Source of the DNA: Octopus sinensis
Lineage: Eukaryota
DNA length: 64,000 nt
Assembly: GCF_006345805.1 (NCBI RefSeq)
Contig: NC_042998.1
Coordinates: 157,232,001-157,296,000, forward strand
Direction of reading: 5' to 3'
Part shown: one piece after another, positions 35,796 to 49,968 of the stretch
How positions within the stretch are numbered: the stretch's first letter is position 1
Layout: each line of letters opens with the position of its first letter
The notes under the pieces: generated by a model
What the model was told of the DNA's origin: nothing
Database searches by the model: none
The model's input: the letters and a program-made list of their open reading frames with translations, nothing else
Position numbers and translations under genes: made by a program

Positions 35796-35962
35796 CACAC
35801 ACACATGCACGCAAACATGTATCTGTAACTGACGCATATATGTATGTATGTGTATATACACACACGCATATATGTACATAAACAGATATACATGTATATA
35901 TATATATATACACACACACATACATATATGTATACGCACATGCAAACGCACACACAAACAGA

Positions 35963-36002
<40 letters not shown>

Positions 36003-36451
36003 CATGTATATATATGTACATATATGTATTCATATATCTATATGTATTAATGTATATTCTTCTATCGATACATACATATGTATATGTATGTGTGTATGTA
36101 TATATATATATATATATGCATGTATAAATGTATGTGAGTATGTGTGTATTTGTATGTATATAAGTATGTGTGCATGGATATGTGGATGTGATGAAATTCA
36201 GTGTTTCTATCGAAGATAAAACTAAATATATTCATATGTGAGAATGGAAGTAAACTTTTGCGCTAATAAAATTTGAAGGAAATGTGCAGATGCTTACACA
36301 ACATGAAATTGCAGTCTGCAGTCAAGACTGAAGTTACTGTGGATGAGACCCACCTACGTTGAAAATGCAATTACTCAGTTGTTTGATAGTGTTGTATCAT
36401 CATTTTAGTATATAATATATATATTACTAAACTCAGCCCTCTTTCTGTCTG

Positions 36452-36490
<39 letters not shown>

Positions 36491-36619
36491 TATATATATA
36501 TAATATATATATATATACCACGAACTCATCACAAAAATATATAAAGTAGTTCCCAGAATCAATCAACTTAGATGCTAAAAAAACATGAATGATTACACTA
36601 TAAATGATAGGACAAAACC

Positions 36620-37575
36620 TTTTACACCTATTATATCTCGTATCACAACAAAAGGCCATGAGGATAACTTTTTAAGTAACATCCAGGTTAGAATAATTTG
36701 CCCCAATAAATTAGATTAAGGAAAACTTAGCAAAGTAATTTTAGATAAGTATGTACATACCCTTAGAAAATAGATTAAACCTGAATTATGGTCTAATAGC
36801 TATAGGCTAGTTCTCTAACGTACAAAATAAGGATAAACATAAACTTTTACAAATAGATATTAAAAATCACTACTCCATAAACCCTACTGTCTTAAATAAT
36901 GCTCTCAGTTTTGCTAAGAACCGCACTAACATCAGCATGAAAGAAATCAACGTAATGCTCACGGCCCGCAAATCTATTATTAAATTTGATAAAAAATTAT
37001 GGGCCTACTTATTTTGTTATAACAATGGGACCCCCGGATTCAGCAGAAGTGACCGACTTTGTGGGATTCTATCTATGAGACAACCTAAATAAGGAATTCC
37101 CGGAATTTGGTGGGGACTCTAGAGGGATGATGCACTTTTTATTATTAGAAATGACTCAAACAGACGCTTAGAGCTACTTAAAAAAGGTTGTACAAATTTT
37201 TCAATAGATTCGGCCTTTCTATCACTATAGAGAATGAAAATTATTTAATCAACTACCTAGACGTTAACTGTAATCGAGCTACGGGATTGCATGAACCTTT
37301 CATGAAACCAAACTCTAACTTAAAATACATACATTCGCAAAGTAATCATCCAGAATTGATAAAAAAGGCTCTCATAAAAACATTAATAATAAATCTCTTA
37401 CCTTTCTTCTAACGAAGATTTATTTAATTAACGCAAAGAACAATACATCAAGGTACGGAAGATACAAGGCACGGAAGATACAAAAGTAAAATTAAATATA
37501 TTCCATACAACAATAAAATGACTAGTGATAATATACCTAAATTAAGTAATAAAATACAGAAACTTATAGTCCCCA
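36620..37575 (+). pseudogene. Penelope-like element RT fragment (YRDD type)
   Basis: LLQIDIK, TMGPPDSAEVTDFVG, RDDAL, INYLDV, KPNSNLKYIHSQSNHP. Confidence 0.8.
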
Positions 37576-37627
37576 ACACTAGCAAGAAAAGTAAATATAT
37601 ATATCTATATATCTATATCTATATCTA

Positions 37628-37744
<117 letters not shown>

Positions 37745-38806
37745 GGGCCTACCCAAAATGAAATGAAAGGAAGATTAGCCACACACCCACACACTATCAG
37801 AAATGAAGTAAATGTATTTCGGGGCTTAAAGATAAAGATATCTTTGATTTAGAATGCAAATTCCTTACTTCCGCACCATCGTACAATTTAATGCCACTTG
37901 TGCATTAATGAAACAATGTTTCATATTAATGGCCAGACACCCATTACTTAACTCAAGGGAAGACCGAAACAATGCTTGTCTGCCCAAAGGTAAGCATGTT
38001 TTCTCTAGTTACAAAAAATATTAGTGATTCCATATAATCTTCTCCACTAATGACACACATCGCTGTTTACCTTAGTAATAGTAGAATTAGATTCTAGATG
38101 TTGGCATAAATTACCTTACTATTACAGTTTGTTTAATAGGTTAACTTATCTAAACTCCCCTTTAGGCGATTCAGCATTAATATTCTTACACTAAAACCAC
38201 CCCGTGTTTAAAAACCACATCTCATGCACATAACAATTGCATTGTATTACTTCATTATTTTACTTCTCAATATAATCTTTCCACCCTCTTATAACTATAT
38301 AATGACCATTCTCTTAGCTCTGGACATAAATTTAGACTATAGTGTGCGCATGTATCCATTCCCCTGCCAAACCCCTCCCTTAATAGTACATTTGATCCTT
38401 CAATAAATAAATTTATCTTTATTTTGTAACATATTCATTTATTCATATATAATGTTTGATTGTTTCACTTTACTTTATTCTGGACCACAACATTTGTCTA
38501 CTTTTATTTAATACAGACACCCAGTCTATTTACTCATTTCACTACCTCTCCCACACAACAAAATAATTATTTCACTTTGTAATACCAATTTCACACCTTC
38601 TTTTAATTATGTATTTGCACTTTGTTTTGCAGTTTACACTTAACTATGTTCTCTTATGTGTATTATTCCATACACGGGGGACCAATTGTGCATGCATGCA
38701 TATGTGTATACCCACATAGGGAACTAATATATATATCTAGATTGAGTGTGTATATATGCATATTTTTACTTGTGTGTATGTGCGTGTATGTGAGCGTACA
38801 TATGTG

Positions 38807-38853
<47 letters not shown>

Positions 38854-38858
38854 TTCTG

Positions 38859-39075
38859 TACTTGTTTCAGTCATTTGACTGCGGCCATGCTGGAGCACCG
38901 CCTTTTAGAGTGGTGAAAGAGTACAGCAGGGATCACCACCTCCTGCCGGAGCCTCGTGGAGCTTTTTTTTAGGTGTTTTCGCTCAATAAACACACACAAC
39001 GCCCGGTCTGGGAATCGAAACCGCGATCCTCCGACCGCAAGTCCGCTGCCCTAACCACTAGGCCATTGCGCCTCC
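38859..39075 (-). mobile_element. SINE family 2 copy (38908-39075) fused to a family 1 tail (38859-38903)
   Basis: On minus, tRNA-like head GGAGGCGCAATGGCCTAGTGGTTAGGGCAGCGGAC...GGTTTCGATTCCC. Confidence 0.85.
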
Positions 39076-39076
39076 T

Positions 39077-39133
<57 letters not shown>

Positions 39134-39639
39134 GTAAAAGAAAAGGACGGATTTCGAGTATCCCCGACGTGGGGATTGTTGTATATATAAAAAGTAAATA
39201 TATTAAAGAAGGAAAATGCATACACTTTACATAGTTTTAATGTATTTTTAATATATCTTATATTGTGTTTGTGGACCGGTTTCGCTTTCGCTAATCATGA
39301 CATTAAAATTTATTTAAATATGTATTTTCTTAAAAACAAAATTTGTCCACGTGTGTGGAGTTTATGAATGAATGATTCAATAAGTAGAAAAATCTAAGGA
39401 GACGTAATTAGTGATCATTATTATTGTGGATAGGGGAGATAATTGTTCATCTTTCGGTTGGGGTTGGATATATATACACAAAAATTAAAACACTAGAGTA
39501 GTGGGGAGAAATATGTACAGTGATGGCTATGTAAGCGTGAATTAAAATATGTATAGAGATCAAAGTTGGTTATGCGTGCATATTTAGACATGTTCTGTAT
39601 TTTGTTATGATTAAATTTTCTTTATTTAAACTTCTCACC

Positions 39640-41215
39640 TGGAAGTAAGCCTTTCTCAATCTAGTAATAGGGACAACTCACTAATAGAAAATAGTAGACG
39701 AAATCAACGTAAGGTTAAGAGTAATTTTTTTCTATCCAGCAACTAGAAACGTCCAAGAGACTTACTCTGCCCCTTAACGAAGAAACTCAACCTACGGATT
39801 CTCAACCTATTTACTCAGACAGCACAAGCAATACCTCAGCATCCCAAACATAATTCTGCGCCCCAACAATATATTCTAACGAAGAAACCTGAACCACGTA
39901 CTTCCAACCAATTTACCCAGACAGCAACACCAACCTCCCAGCAATCCCAATATAATAAATAAACTTCTACCAACTAAATTACAGTAAATATTTTTTAGAC
40001 TGAGTGGAGAGAAACATTTTTTAGACCGAATGGAACAAAACTTACAAGAGAAGCCCAAAGTAATAAATTTATCAAAGAAAGCTCTCTCTGCAACAAAAAT
40101 CAGTATACTACCTAAATGACTGAAATTTACCCCAGTCTCACGAAGATCTAACCATAATGAAATTAAAGACAATATTTCAGAATTCAACAGAAAACTACGA
40201 CTCACAGAAGCACTAACTGACTACAACAACGAAGATGAGTCATTGGTTAAAAACAGAAATAATTACCTACCACCTAGATGGCTTCTGCGACTATATCCCA
40301 AAATTCCCATTTACTTTCTATAAACGAAAAATTAATTCAAACTTCAACAATGGAAGAATGGAAGAATCTAACTGAACTACAAGACAACAAAGACCTGAAT
40401 ATTAATGACACCTACTAACGTCCAAAATGCGGAATTGCGATGGAACGAAAGCAGCCCCTGTTTTTGCGAACCTGATAATGGGTTATTTTGAATTCACCAT
40501 TTATGAAGTGCCACTGCAAAAATATGGTTATCCATTTCCCCATTATATAAGAGAAAACTGGAAAAGATACATGGACGACTGTTTTATCATTTGGAAGGAG
40601 ACAATTGATAAACGTTTGGAATTCAAATCAACACTAAATGACATAAACCGTAACATTCAATTTACAAAGAAATATAGCAAAGAACAACTCCCATTTTTGG
40701 ATATAATCATAAAAAAAGTCAACAACCAAATTATAACTGACATCTATCATAAACCAACGGACTCGAAGCAATATCTTCTTTTTGGCTCATGCCACCCGAA
40801 ACACATCAAAATAAATATCCCCTTTAATTTGGCAAAAAGGATTAGTGTCTGATTGGACTACTCGGGACCTTCGTCTTCAAGACCTCAGAATAACACTAAC
40901 TGAAAGACAATATCCACCCTCACTTATAGACGATGGAATTAAGCGTGCCAAGAAATTAGATATAAAACACTAAGTACAGCAAAACATACTACCACACATC
41001 ATCTCAAAACACTACTGTATATATCAACCCACGACCCTAGAAACAATAAGGCATACAACAATATTGTGCAAAACCTTCCTTTCCTAACTAGGGACCCAAA
41101 AATGAACAATATCCTGAAAGCATATAAATTCATCAAAGGCAAAAGGTAACACAAATCGCTAAAGAGACTTCTAACAAATGCGAAGCTTTACACTGCAACC
41201 ACGAAACCCACGGAA
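39640..41215 (+). pseudogene. Penelope-like element ORF fragment (RYxDD type)
   Basis: GTKAAPVFANLIMG, WKRYMDDCFIIW, LPFLDI, TDIYHKPTDSKQYL, SCHPKH. Confidence 0.85.
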
Positions 41216-41339
41216 AGATGAACAATTTTCTCCCCTATCCTACATGTCTATGTATGTATGATCATATTTTAGTAGGAGTTTGCATCTGTATAAATATTTT
41301 GCAAGTCAATTTGTACTCATTAATTTATTAATTATGGAT

Positions 41340-41399
<60 letters not shown>

Positions 41400-41404
41400 G
41401 CATG

Positions 41405-41483
<79 letters not shown>

Positions 41484-41499
41484 GTAATCCAGTTTTCCT

Positions 41500-42960
41500 T
41501 TCAGTAAATAACGGGGGAGGGTCTGTACAGAGATGACGCCTTATTTTTTTCTGGACAGAAGTAGCAAAGTACAGTTGGAAAGGCATAGGAAAAATTTCTT
41601 TAGACTTTTCAAAGATTTAGGACTAAACATTGGTATAGTTTATGATTGTAGAGTGAATTTTCTTGACGTCAACTTCTGTCCTCATACTGGATTATTTGAA
41701 CCATTTCATAAGCCAAATATTAAGTACATTATCATATTAAGTACATTAATGTAAAATCCAACCTTCCAGCCTCGATTATACGGAGACTGGTTAAGAATAT
41801 TTCTATAAGAATCTCTAGATTATCCGCTAATAATAAAATTTTCGAATCACATGCAACTTATTATAATACTGCTCAAGCTAGGGCTGGGTACCGTGAAAAA
41901 GTTCAATATATACAAGAAGCTGGCATACACAACATTGGTAATTCTTCCAACTGTGATGCACATTGTATAACACAACAGAATTGATCATATAAATGAACTA
42001 CCAATGAAAACTCATAGACACACGTGACATAATAATCCAGCTGCTTGTTCCAATTCTTATTCGATCAAATAAGCCTAAACAGATATAGGAATCGGGATGT
42101 CCTCTGGTTCAAACCGATTTTCGGTTTACATGTTTCAACCAAGATCGCTGGAAAATATTTTGCTGCTTTGGACAAGTATTTTCCTAAATCTAATCGGTGT
42201 CACGCTATTTTTAATCGACACACCGTGAACTCTGCAAATTTAGAGAAGCTAAACATAATGAGGCTCTAAGCACGGGCAACCACTGCTTTTTTCGCACATT
42301 AAAATTCTACCACAAATCCAAATGCCTAAATAACTATACAGTATATTTCCATAATACCCTTTAGCTATCGCATAAACAATACCCTTTAGGTATCGCATAA
42401 ACAATAGCAAAATGCGACAAAGGTTCAATAACCCACCTACTGGATCTAGCGAACTAGATCTAGTTGCATCTAAATAGCAACTAAGGAGATGTAAACTGCA
42501 ATGATAAACACCAATTACGATCAATTTGTAGTAATAGAAATACTTATGATACATTTAACACGACAACAACGCTGGTAAATGGAGTCAGAACTGCCTTATA
42601 TACAAATAAATATAAATGCCCATGCAGAGAAAAATCAAAATGTCCTTTGATGAATCTCTGCATGAGTACAGATCTTGTATATAAATCTACCGTGCACACA
42701 AGGGGAGGGCCGTATGTTTACATTGGGCAGACGGCTGATTCATTTAAGAATCGTTATCGTAACCCCGTTGCCAGTTTTAAGACAATCAATAAGAGACATT
42801 TAGCATCTTTGGCAGATTTTGTATGGCGACTGAAGGAGAATAAAATGAAGTACAACAAAAATTGGCACATAGTAAGGTGCGCGAAACCATACAAATTAAT
42901 TTCAAGGAGATGCTGTCTCTGCTCCGAGGAATCCCTTTCTATTCTGTGGATTAACGAGAT
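41500..42960 (+). pseudogene. Penelope-like element RT and C-terminal GIY-YIG endonuclease fragment
   Basis: [30 protein letters not shown]...YIGQTADSFKNRY, CCLCSEE. Confidence 0.85.
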
Positions 42961-42985
42961 GATTATAGAATTTCTGAATGACGTA

Positions 42986-43172
42986 GGCGTAGGAGTGGCT
43001 GTGTGGTAAGTAGCTTGCTTACGAACCACATTGTTCCTGGTTCAGTCCCACTGCGTGGCACCTTGGGCAAGTGTCTTCTACTATAGCCTCGGGCCAACAA
43101 AAGCCTTGTGAGTGGATTTGGTAGACGGAAACCGAAAGAAGCCCGTGGTATGTATGTATGTATGTATATATA

Positions 43173-43238
<66 letters not shown>

Positions 43239-43445
43239 GTGTGTGTGTGTGTGTGTATGTTTGTGTGTCTGAATTTGTCTCCCCAACATCGCTTGACAAC
43301 CAATGCTGGTGTGTTTACGTCCCGTAACTTAGCGGTTCGGCAAAAGACAGAATAAGTCCTGGGGTCGATTTGCTCGACTAAAGGCGGTACTCCAGCATGG
43401 CCTCAGTCAAATGACTGAAACAAGTAAAAGAGTAAAGAGTAAAGA
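42986..43445 (+). mobile_element. SINE family 1 copy
   Basis: Match to 21699-22114. Confidence 0.88.
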
Positions 43446-43513
43446 GAGACTCTCGAGATGCCTACACGCCTATAAATGTAATTTCGCACAATGCATATAT
43501 ATATATATATATA

Positions 43514-43816
43514 TCATATGATCACGTGACCGACCACACCATCAGATGTTGCTACACATCGCTGGTCACAATGCGTTTGCATTGTTTTAGCCTTCGAACG
43601 ACGCCACCCCGCTGGCTAAGCGAGCAGGCCAACAGAAGAAAGAGTGAGAGTAAGAGTGGTGAAAGAGTACAGCAGGGATCACCACCCTCTGCCGGAGCTT
43701 CGTGGAGCCTTTAGGTGTTTTCGCCCAATAAACACACACAACGCCCGGTCTAGGAATCGAAAACACGATCCTCCGACCGCGAGTCCGCTGCCCTAACCAC
43801 TAGGCCATTGCGCCTC

Positions 43817-43817
<1 letters not shown>
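43514..43817 (-). mobile_element. SINE family 2 copy (tRNA-derived), near full length
   Basis: Same head as 38908-39075 and 50322-50511. Confidence 0.85.
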
Positions 43818-43856
<39 letters not shown>

Positions 43857-43872
43857 ATTATTTCTTTTATAT

Positions 43873-43927
<55 letters not shown>

Positions 43928-44263
43928 TCAATTAATCGATAAATTTGGCGCGAGTGCGATGATTTGAAAATTTTAGGTCAGATATTGCCTTGGCAGGGTC
44001 GGAAATGTCTCGTGAAAATATCTGTTCCGACTTGGCTATTTCTTACTGAAGAATCTGAGGGCCTATGGAAGATTGGCTTGATTTAATTTAATCAGGTTAG
44101 TTTACCATTAAACAGCAGATGAAACGGTGCATCGTATAAGAAATTACAGGGTAAATGTTTTTTAAATTTTCTCCTGGTTACGGAATTGATTTTTATTTGC
44201 GGTTGAAGCTTTGGCTGTTATTTCTAGTGGGTGAATGGCCTATTATGGCCGTTCCTTGATTGT

Positions 44264-44331
<68 letters not shown>

Positions 44332-45384
44332 AATAATTGAGAATCAGTTGAATTAGGTACTTAAGTTGATGCATCAAGATGAGGGTGATAGAGAGAGAAA
44401 GGTATTAGAGTGTAAAAAGATAGAAGGAATGAGGGGTGGTGATAGAGAGAGGTATAAAAAGTAAAGGAGTGTCAGCTATGTAGTGATAGAGTCTAAGTGA
44501 TGGGGCAGAGAGTGGGGTAGTAGTATGGAATGAAGAATCTAGGAATATAGATTAGTTGGTTGGAAAGGTCAGTACTTAGTAGTAGAAGAAAATATATATG
44601 TGAAGATATATTAGACATGTATATATATATTTATACAGATGTTTATACATATCAATATCTACATGCACAACTCGTACTCATGTGTATATGTACACATGCA
44701 CACCCATATATAAGTATATATGTATGTATTATCGCCCCTGTATACGCAGGTATACATACCTTGCATACATACATTCCCACATACACACATACATACACAC
44801 ACGTATACACACACATACATATACACGCACATATGCATGCACACATATACACACGAATATAATTAGATGGTTGTGATATTCGAGTATGAGTGAGGAATTA
44901 GATAGGGATTAAGAGTTAAAATGTAGATATATAAGGTTATTGGGTTACCTAAAGGGTATTGTGGAAATATACTGTATAGTTATTTAGGCATTTGGATTTG
45001 TGGTAGAATTTTAATGTGCGAAAAAAGCGGTGGTTGCCCGTGCTTAGAGCCTCATTATGTTTATGTAACAGTGCTGGAGAGCACATGCAACAACTGCTTT
45101 TAACTATTTATTTTTTCGTGTTATTGTGTTATTTGTAAACGCTGAAAAACACACACACACACATATATATATGTATATATATATATATATGTATATATGT
45201 ATATATATATGTATATATATATATATATATATACACATATATATATATTATTTACTATTATTATATATGTGTAAATATATGATAAAAATGGTAAGACAAC
45301 AAATTAAATGAAAAAGACCTCGATATTATGTAAATAGAGGAATTTATCTGTAATTGTAATATGTGACAATTAATCGGTAGCCAT

Positions 45385-45445
45385 GATAAATCTCCGAGTT
45401 TCGGATGTCGGGGTGGAGATCCACGCCGCCATCTCTTCAGTTATC
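45385..45445 (-). ncRNA. Type I hammerhead ribozyme motif (degenerate), Penelope pLTR-like
   Basis: GATAA-CTGAAGA-14-bp stem II (12 pairs)-C-GAAAC-TCGGAG-AT-TTATC; U16.1 is mutated here but present in the inverted partial copy at 45842-45878. Confidence 0.6.
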
Positions 45446-45925
45446 CGGCCATCGGAAAAATGCTATGAAAATGACCGTTAAACAAAGGGAAATTACTGTG
45501 TGATTGACCGTTATTAAGACAAAAGATCTATTTGAATGACCGCTAAGTGAGGTAAGGGAGTAAAAGTAAGGGGGTAAAAATGTTCAAAGTATTCGCGTAA
45601 GCGCGCATGTCCATACTTACACCATAAGAGTAAAACATGTCTATATACGCACATACCCGTATTCACGCACACAGACTTCTTTATACGCGCATATCCGCAC
45701 ACGATATATACGCACAGGGAAAATGCAGAGTGAGAAGGTAGAATACAGAAAAATTATGCGTAAAAAATATGAGCAATAAACCTATAAAACAATATCTCTA
45801 TAAATATGTAAAAAATATATGTATAAAAAATATACAAATTTCCACCCCGACATCCGAACCTCGGAGTTTTATCATGGCTACCGAATAATTGTTAGATATT
45901 ACAATTACAGATATGTAAATATATG

Positions 45926-45970
<45 letters not shown>

Positions 45971-45971
45971 T

Positions 45972-46008
<37 letters not shown>

Positions 46009-46076
46009 TATGTATACACTATATATATGTACTATATATATACTATACATATATACATATATAAGAATAGTAAATA

Positions 46077-46125
<49 letters not shown>

Positions 46126-46132
46126 CACTATA

Positions 46133-46895
46133 CAGTTTGCGATTGGTAAATTGTCGCCAAATTATATATTTAATTTCGCACATGTGCATTGTTTCAAATT
46201 TATGTTGTCGACTACACAGTATAGTAGTGTCTGTGAGAAAAATAGCACCATGATTCAATTCAGTCTGCCAGAAATTTGGAAATGACATGGTGTACTGCTT
46301 GGCATTTGCACCGGAAGCTCCAATACGAACATTTCAGAGTGTTTGGGTGTCAATCTGAAGAAGTACAATCTGAAGACATGTACCGAGAGTGCACACACGG
46401 TCTCACATTTAACATGGAGGACTACATCAAGTGTCAGGAGGAGTAGTGCTGCCCTGGGTCAAGGGGGTGGCTACTTGAAGACCCTATGCCTTACAACAGG
46501 GCTCTGCACTATGCCACACAAGGAGGAGGCCCCAGTCATGGCTGTCAGAAGTTTCTGCGGCCACATCATTCTTAACATCTGGCTACCTAACTCCTCAGAC
46601 TGCAACCCCATTAATAATTATGCGTGGGTCGCATTTGAGCGAGAGACCAACAAAACTTGTAACACCAAAGATGAACTGAATCAAAGATTATGGCAGACTG
46701 CCCAGAAGAGTCGCAAGAGATTCCGAAGTCGTCTGGAGGTCGTGATTGAAGCCAATGGCGATTTTCTTGAAGATATTTACTGTTTAATATTTCTGGATAT
46801 TTTTATGTAATTTTGGTGAATATATCTGTTAAAATGAGATGTCTGTTATTTTCATTTTTGCGTAAATTTAGACAATAATTTATTCACCGCACCCA

Positions 46896-46896
<1 letters not shown>
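46133..46896 (+). mobile_element. Decayed DD37D-like Tc1/mariner element
   Basis: Degenerate TIRs flanked by TA; IWLPNSSDCNPINNYAWVAFERETNK...RFRSRLEVVIEANG. Confidence 0.7.
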
Positions 46897-46971
<75 letters not shown>

Positions 46972-47475
46972 TGGTATTGTGTGCGCGGGAGAGAGAGAAG
47001 GGGAGAAACGGGTGACATAGAAAGAGATAGAGGGAGAGGAAGAGAGAGAGAAGTAAAAATACAGAAAAAGAAAGGGACTAAGAAATAGTGCTTCTCGAAC
47101 CTCTTTTAGTACTTGTTGAAGACAAGGAATAGCAGCAAAGAACATTTAAATATCATGTAAACTTGTCCTAAGATAAATATATACATATTTTCTTTATAGG
47201 TACATTCGAGATCAATCGTCATCGTTTATTTATTTCATTTAAATATATACATAGGACTGACTAATTTGTAACTAGGTGTACAGTACTCTCAGTGAATACA
47301 TATATCGATTAGACGAATTTGAGATACACACACACACGCACGCACGCACACACACATTCATGTATACATACGTATGTATGTACATACATATAAATAAACA
47401 AACGAACATACTTATATACATACATATATAATACATATATACATGCAAACATACATACATACATACATACATACA

Positions 47476-47506
<31 letters not shown>

Positions 47507-48696
47507 GAATTTAAGCAATATATTATCGCAATAATGTAAAAATATAATATATCGTAACATATCGTTATTTGAGACATAAAAATAAATTTGAAAAAGAGAC
47601 TGCTATAACACTGAGTACAGTAACGCTTAATGCTTGTCTTGTAAAGGGAGGAACCAATGTACCAGAACAATTCTATCATGCCTTCTGTGCATCCGTAATA
47701 CTAAGCTGAAGATTATACACGTTAATAATTTATACCATGTCCTAATTATTTTGCTTGACCTGTTACATTTCATCAAGTTGAACTGTTAGATTTAAAAAAG
47801 AGAGAGAAAAAAATGACTTTATTGTGCAGGAATGCACAGTAGCAGAAGTAACTGAAGAACAGCTGATGCCATTCTTCGACGAATTCATCTGTTTTAACTA
47901 TAACTAGAAGCCTGTAGTTTTATAGCTGCAGAACTGTGAAATATCTCCATTCTGCGACACGATGCAACATCCGACTAAATGCTATAATACAGTGAAGTCC
48001 CCCAGAAAGTAGAAGCACCGTTTATATGGATCATTGTATATCTGGATCGCAACCAGTGGTACGGATAACTAACTAGTTGCTATATGTCCGTTCGACGAAC
48101 ACTGGTTGTCCTATAGCTTGCGTGAAATGTGGTTGCAGAAACTGATGGGAAGCCAGCTACATGTATGCATACAAATATACATACATACTACATACATACA
48201 TACATACATACATACATACATACATACATACATACATACATACGTACATGCATAGGAAATCAATGTAACTGATGTTACTTCTGAAAATCCATGTAAACTC
48301 ATACAAATATAAGTATTAACAGAGAAAATGCACAACAATTGTTCCATCACCGTCTTACCAGAAGATCATTGTTGGAATATTATAGAGTATATGGAATAAT
48401 ACATCGTATCAGCGTGTTATTTCAGCAATATTGCTAAGTGGAAATTATTCAGGTATATCAACAAATCATTTGCTAAACTGAATGTTATTCCACTGAATAT
48501 ATACCTGACATTGATGGTGTTACAAACATTCAATCAAAACAAAAAAGCAAACACCAGTAAACTGTAAACCATAAAAAATTACCTATTCAAGAAATTTGGT
48601 GATGAAGACAACAAAAGACTAAAAGGAAAATAAAGAAAATGCTTGTTAAATAAATAAATAACAAAAAAATATATATAGGTAATAATACTTTTCCTC

Positions 48697-48860
48697 GACG
48701 CAGGCACGACTGTGTGGTAAGAAGTTTACTTTCGCACCGATTGAGTCTGGGTTGATTCCAACTGCTTGGCACCTTGGACAAGTGCCTTCTACTATAGCTT
48801 CGGGTCGACGAAAACTTTGCGAGTGGGTTTGGTGAACGGAAGATTTAAAGAATCCCGTCA
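48697..48860 (+). mobile_element. Old SINE family 1 fragment
   Basis: Diverged match to the family 1 head and body. Confidence 0.7.
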
Positions 48861-49230
48861 TACACCCCACCCTATTTATATATATATATTGTAGAAACAT
48901 CTAGAAGTATTGCGGAGAGATTAAGCGAAAACTTGAAGCAATATGATGACATAAACAGTCCTCCGTATTCTGCTAACATGGAAGCATACTGGGCCGACTT
49001 GACATTCGTATTTTATCCAAGCACCCGAAGGACCCATCACTCAAATAGATACAGGAGTACGTCCTCATAAATAAAACGTTCCCCATACTCAATAGGAAAT
49101 ACGCATAGAAGTAAGTAACACTCCAATACCCACAGAATATACATACAAAAGTACATTTGCTTGTAGGCTGTTATGTAGACAAATAGCATATGTATGTATG
49201 TATGTAAGTATATATGTATATATGTATGTA

Positions 49231-49302
<72 letters not shown>

Positions 49303-49497
49303 ATATATATACTAAGCAATAAGGGTTTAGCAACGAGTTGCCTTACCACATACCGAATTTAGAAATAGCAGTCAAAGGGTTATAGCTATTTCTTCTACTA
49401 AAAAGGGAGATCTCAGTAAAAACAGCATTTGGAAGGCAGACACAAACAGGTAAGAGAGAATGAATTGACTGCAATCTATCATACATTTTTTTAGTTA

Positions 49498-49604
49498 TCC
49501 ACGGACGTACGTTTCGAAATCAAGTTTTTAGGAAAGCATAAGAATTAAATATTAAATATTAAATAATTCTATCTTACCGAAACTTCTTTTCTCTTCAGCG
49601 TAGA
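49498..49604 (-). ncRNA. Type I hammerhead ribozyme motif with intact core and extended stem II
   Basis: TCTACG-CTGAAGA-GAAAAGAAGTTT...AAACTTGATTTC-GAAAC-GTAC-GTC-CGTGGA: 6-bp stem I, G10.1-C11.1, palindromic stem III, GUC site. Confidence 0.78.
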
Positions 49605-49810
49605 ATACTATAATCATAAATGATTATATATTGAATTTTGAGATACCAGAAGGCACCAACTCAACTCAGTATCAGAGCGAGCTAGAATCCGCAACTGGTA
49701 TCACCGAATTCAATTTGTGAATGAAACGATTGTGTCAACAGCCCCTTCCCACCCGCGTGTAGCCAAAACAAGATGCTGTGGTCATCTACTGAGATAAAAT
49801 ATGGTTATCC

Positions 49811-49909
49811 GTAATAATGAAGGGTGAAATTAATTAATTTGGAAAAATTATCAATTACACCAAGTAGTCTTCGGCATTTTCCAAATTAATTAATTTCACC
49901 CTTCATTAT

Positions 49910-49912
<3 letters not shown>
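49811..49912. repeat. Perfect 36-bp inverted repeat with 30-bp spacer
   Basis: GTAATAATGAAGGGTGAAATTAATTAATTTGGAAAA at 49811-49846 and its reverse complement at 49877-49912. Confidence 0.93.

Positions 49913-49966
<54 letters not shown>

Positions 49967-49968
<2 letters not shown>

Noticed and set aside
44105-44162. Possible hammerhead relic (CAGATGA...GAAAT...GTA)
   Set aside because: Core and stems are too degenerate to support.
47600-48130. Possible exons (e.g. acceptor at ~47829 then ECTVAEVTEEQLMPFFDEFICFNYN*)
   Set aside because: Short, with stops in most frames and no recognisable motif or partner splice sites.
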